DNA of 64,000 nucleotides from Phallusia mammillata. Taxonomy: Eukaryota. Position 1 is the first letter of the stretch. Every line of letters starts with the position of its first letter. Under the pieces are notes generated by a model. It had not been told where the DNA came from and did no database searches. It saw only the letters and a list, made by a program, of their open reading frames with translations. This document shows positions 59,801 to 64,000 of this stretch, one piece after another. The stretch lies in NCBI GenBank assembly GCA_965637545.1, contig OZ281494.1, positions 15,500,001 to 15,564,000 on the forward strand, given 5' to 3'. The position numbers and the translations under genes are program-made.

Positions 59801-62800
59801 AGAATCAGGTGTGTAATCTTTTGGCTAAAAGTTATACCTAGAATTTTGCTAAGTTCCAAATGTGAAGATTTTTGTAACTGGAATCACATAAAAGTTAGGT
59901 TGGTGTTTTAACTTATAAGTTTTATCTAACATTATGGTGTTTTTGCTGATTTTCTAAAAAATGTTTAACCATGTTCAGAGGGTGGGGAGTCTTCCAAAAA
60001 GCTGAAATTGGTTGTTAAACATGGTGCAGCAGTTGACCCAGAGTCTGGACTTGAGGTAGGACTATTTGGTTGTCTTCTATTTGTATTTGGTTGTCTTCTA
60101 ATTTCCAAAAAACATGCAATGTAAGTTTATAACCTTACTCATCTATAGAATTCATGTGATGTTACAACCATCAAAGGCAAAAAATACACAGCCACACTCT
60201 CATTGGTTGATATGAAATCTGGTGCAAACTCCTACTACAAACTACAACTGCTTACTAAGCACTCAGGAAAAAGGCAAGATCTATTGTGTTGCAGTTAACA
60301 ATTTAGTGATGTGTTTGCAATAGCTAGTACTTAACCTTATGGGCCTGACTTTCCTTAATGGCTAAGTGGTTGTAGTCTTGAACAAGGGTTTCAACGATAA
60401 ATGATAGCTTCCCAATGATGGACTCTACATAAAGGCAAATTTGCTGAAATACAAGTGGCAAGCTTAACCATGGTAGCTACTAGACAAAAGGGCAAAATTA
60501 TTGTAGCAAAGTTTAAATCAAAAGCTTTTTAAAGCACTTTGCATTCATTGACCATTTTTGTTTACATTTAGTTGGTGTGTGTTCCGGTCATGGGGTAGAG
60601 TTGGTACAGTGATTGGTGGAACCAAAGTTGAAACATTTCGAAGCCTTGAATCTGCAATGAACAATTTTCTTGAAGTTTACTTAGACAAAACTGGTTTGTT
60701 TTTAACTACTGCAAGTTGGAGTTATGATTATTAAAATCTTTATTTTGTGCAGGAAACAGCTTTCTTACAAAGAACTTTCAAAAATATCCCAACAAATTTT
60801 TCCCATTGGATATTGACTACGGTGAAGATAATGAAAAGGTACGAATTTTCGAATTTTAAAAATTGTAAAACAGATTGTGCATCAATTTGGCACTTATATT
60901 AGTAGAGAGTAAGGTTTTGTTTATATTATATTGCCTAATATAGTAATAGGGATAGTGCATGGATCTTTTGAAATGATATCAGGGCATTGTTCAAAATGTT
61001 AATAAACCTGAGTCAAAACTGTACATGTTCTTTTCTAGATCAAAGGATTACAGGATGCAGGATCAAAATCCAAACTCGAACCACCTGTTCAGGACCTTAT
61101 CAAAATGATCTTCGACATTGAAAGCATGAAGAAGGCCATGGTAGAATTTGAGGTATGGTATTAATAGGAACTGGAATATATGAAGTTTTTATTGTATTAT
61201 ACAATGTAAATGATTTTTTTTACTTAGCTGGACCTCAACAAAATGCCTCTGGGCAAGTTAAGCAAAAAACAAATGCAGAGGGCATATTCTGTGCTTACGG
61301 AAGCAACAGAGGTAATGTACATTAAGTAGTCCTCTTTCCTATTTTAATCAGTTGTGTTTGTCCACAGCTAATTAACGATAATGAACTGGTTGGTTCAAAA
61401 ATGCTGGACTGCTCAAATCGATTCTACACTCTTATACCACATGACTATGGAATGCAACAACCACCAAAGTTAGACAATGCTGACATCATTAAAGCCAAGG
61501 TCCCTGCTGTTTTTATTTGTTTAGAAATATGATAAAAGGCAAAAATCTCAACATTTTTTGCAGTCTTCTTAACTTACTCACATGAGGCTTAAATGGTTTG
61601 TTAGTTAAAGTTGTGCAATACAAGGCACTAAGTCTATCTTATTGCAGACTGCAATGTTGGACAATCTTATGGACATTGAAGTTGCTTATAACTTGCTGAA
61701 GACAGAAGGTGAGGATGAAAATGCTGAGGATCCGCTTGATGTGAGCTACAAGAAATTGCAGTGTGATCTTGAGGTAATTTTAGTAAAATAGGTGCTAAAA
61801 ATCACACCTGAATTTTTTAAACATTATTTGTTTAGGTTGTGTCCAAAGACAGTGATGAATACAAGATGGTAGAGAAGTATGCTCAACTAACTCATGCCAG
61901 CACACATACCCAATATTCACTAAAAATAGAAGAATTGTTCAAGATTAACAGACATGGTAAGGTTTAGAAAGACTTTGAAATAATACGGTATTAGCAAGAT
62001 TTTTCACATTTATTACTTTGTAGGTGAGGTTTCAAGATTCCGTCCATTTAAATCTCTTCACAATCGCAAACTATTATGGCACGGATCAAGAACAACTAAC
62101 TATGCTGGTATCTTGTCTCAGGGATTGAGAATTGCCCCACCAGAAGCACCAGTGGTAGGTTAATCAACAAATACAAACAATATTTGTTTAAATTTTGCTA
62201 CCACTAGTGCACTGACTCTCTCCAAATAGGTCCCAACAGTAATCCAATAATTCAGTCCTAATCCAACCTTATGAAAACGGATGTTTTGTAAAGGATTGTT
62301 TGTTATAAATGCAAATAAACTTAATAAGGAAACCGTACAGAAACTTTTAAAAACAGATACAACATCACATAAATTGCAAAAATGTTTTGTCAAGACATTA
62401 ATTTGATAGTTCGCAACATATATAGTTAATTCATTGCAAAATCTTAGTTAATGATTGCTTTCATTAAACAAGGTGCAAAAACACGTTTTTGTAATTATTT
62501 CTTTAAATTTAATTTATTTTCAGACTGGTTATATGTTTGGAAAAGGAATATACTTTGCAGACATGGTGTCAAAAAGTACCAACTACTGTGGAACAAGAGC
62601 TGATAATCCACATGGTCTTGCCATGCTGGCTGATGTTGCTCTTGGAAACATGTCAGTTTGTTAGCACTTATTTTAGCTTGGTTTTGTTTTAATTACTGAA
62701 ATGTCAGTAAAAGTGATTCTGGTTCCTTATTGCAAACTTTAGTTTATTCATGCTTTACGTGCAAAATGGATTTCTGAAAACAAAACTATCTCCATATTGT

Positions 62801-63209
62801 CAAATATTAATAGAACAGGTTGATAATCTGTCCTTATAAAAGCAATATTGATTGCAACATGGCTAGGGTTTAACAATTTATGCCTTTAATTTGAGTGTTG
62901 CATTGTCTGATTAGAACTAAAAAACTCTGTTGTCTTTACAGGTATGAATTAGTGAATGCAAAAAATGTAAGGAAACTTCCCAAGTCAAAGCACAGTGTTA
63001 AGGGTGTTGGTTCTACTACACCAGATAAGAGCACATACACTACACATGATGGCGCTGAAGTGCCAATGGGAAAAGGTGCACAAACTGACCTGACTGATTT
63101 CAAAGATGGAACATCACTACTGTACAATGAATACATTGTGTATGACGTAGCTCAAGTTAACCTCAAGTATTTGGTGAAATTTAAGTTTCAGTATGACTCA
63201 TTGTGGTAA
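53807..63209 (+). CDS. PARP1: Poly(ADP-ribose) polymerase 1 (981 aa, 21 exons)
   Basis: Exons 53807-53944, 54012-54260, 54927-55135, 55242-55461, 57887-58092, 58519-58563, 58622-58770, 59518-59678, 59754-59808, 59979-60055, 60149-60273, 60572-60693, 60753-60838, 61039-61152, 61228-61311, 61368-61499, 61648-61773, 61836-61956, 62024-62154, 62524-62651, 62942-63209 total 2946 nt. ZnF1 ([13 protein letters not shown]), ZnF2, Zn3 (CAQC...[10 protein letters not shown]), BRCT, WGR (FRSWGRVG), catalytic H-Y-E (WHGSR, GIYFAD, YNEYIV). Confidence 0.97.
54488..54897 (+). mobile_element. hAT-type MITE, family B, in PARP1 intron 2
   Basis: TIR tagtgatggga / tcccatcacta; TSD gtgtgctt/gtgtgctg. Confidence 0.85.
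55740..57456 (+). mobile_element. Non-autonomous Helentron-type (HINE/DINE-like) element with ~158-bp tandem units, in PARP1 intron 4
   Basis: T-run, then hairpin atgggtccccttccctgaaggggacacat, then a GT/T-rich tract. Units start at 55822, 55980, 56139 and 56536. Inverted ggggacccat at ~57295; end cccttctagtt. Other copies at 35231-36114 and 59008-59180. Confidence 0.7.
56223..56468 (+). pseudogene. SUCLG2: Captured 5' fragment of succinyl-CoA ligase [GDP-forming] beta subunit, including the transit peptide
   Basis: [18 protein letters not shown]...[42 protein letters not shown] matches the recalled SUCLG2 N-terminus (RRWLNLQEYQSKKLM...VQRFFVA). It is truncated before the KAQILAGGRGKG motif. 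Confidence 0.85.
57469..57827 (-). mobile_element. hAT-type MITE, family B, inverted copy in PARP1 intron 4
   Basis: Reverse complement of 54488-54897; TSD cttaaaat/cttgaaat. Confidence 0.85.
59008..59394 (+). mobile_element. 5' fragment of the same Helentron-type element followed by a small TIR element (59182-59394)
   Basis: ttatgggtcccctt...cccaaagtttgtccgactc...gataaccccagtat, then cagcggcgaaatc...ggatacgcccctg. Confidence 0.65.
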
Positions 63210-63692
63210 AGTGAAAATAATGTGAGTGTTGTACCGCACCAATTTCATTCAATGTTGGATTGTTTAACAATTCTTTTCCATAATCATACAATATTAACTT
63301 CATTAACCCATTATGTTTCTTCTTGCCTACAATAATATTGTGTTAAACTTTCAGGACTTCATTGTTTGTATTTTCATTCTTTGTGCATACTTACAAGGTC
63401 AATTAACATCTGACTATTTCTTTCTTTTGCTTTCATGCTAAGCAAATAAAACCTATCTAGCATATATTTTATGTTTGGAGTGTCAGCAGTGTTATGTATG
63501 TGTTTTATTCTTTAATGTGGTAGCTTTTCCACCCTGTATGAAGCCCTGTGATTTATTACCTAACAACATACCATAGAAAACAGGAAAATCAGACCAAAAC
63601 CAATAATCAGAAAACCCTAGTACCTAAAAACAGGGAAGATTTAATGTGCATAAACTACTGGTTTTGCTCATTACACAGTAGCACCGCATCTT

Positions 63693-63929
63693 TTATGTGA
63701 TCACAAGTTCATCAAAGCCTGTTTCATCATCAAATTCTCTTGTAAATGTTAAACTATTTGATGTTCCAAGTACGATTTCTGCAGTAGTGTGAATGACAGC
63801 AGCCCCTTTAGAAGAAAGGTGGCCTCCGACCAAATTACCATCACTATCAGACAGAGAAATGTGAAGATGAACTTTTCCACATTTAGATAGTGTTCCAACC
63901 AGGGACACTATTTCTGTCTCCCTATCAAC
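63693..63929 (-). CDS. Last exon of a PPC/DUF296-domain protein
   Basis: EIVSLVGTLS, HLHISLSDSDG..VGGHL, TTAEIVLG, FTREFDDETGFDEL; preceded by a cag acceptor. Confidence 0.85.
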   Translation of the reverse strand, partial: VDRETEIVSLVGTLSKCGKVHLHISLSDSDGNLVGGHLSSKGAAVIHTTAEIVLGTSNSLTFTREFDDETGFDELVIT

Positions 63930-64000
63930 CTGTAAATACTAAAACACAAAGATTTATATATTTGAAGTTAACAGTACTATAACTATAAGCCTAAAAACAA

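Noticed and set aside
63693-63929. PPC/DUF296 segment as bacterial contamination or recent HGT
   Set aside because: It begins at a canonical splice acceptor in host-like sequence, and stand-alone PPC genes are known in invertebrates.

Overview
Eukaryotic, intron-rich animal genomic DNA. Short AT-rich introns, operon-like gene packing and mosaic CpG suggest a tunicate, but that is inference. Left to right: (1) the 3' part of an IkappaB-family ankyrin gene; (2) an intact, very young BEL/Pao LTR retrotransposon with identical 695-bp LTRs and a 5-bp TSD; (3) a ~14-kb gene-free region rich in NF-kappaB-like sites; (4) a secreted CUB-Sushi protein ending in an acidic spacer and a strongly cationic 6-Cys tail; (5) an orphan secreted Cys-rich protein; (6) COX19 and ABITRAM, 9 nt apart and in frame; (7) a divergent pair of unknown paralogs; (8) a degenerate macrodomain gene head-to-head with a complete 21-exon PARP1, whose intron 4 holds a Helentron-type element carrying a captured succinyl-CoA ligase beta fragment; (9) the last exon of a PPC/DUF296 gene. 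Many hAT- and Harbinger-type MITEs are present. All gene models were spliced by hand from GT/GC-AG signals and frame continuity, and no database search was run.
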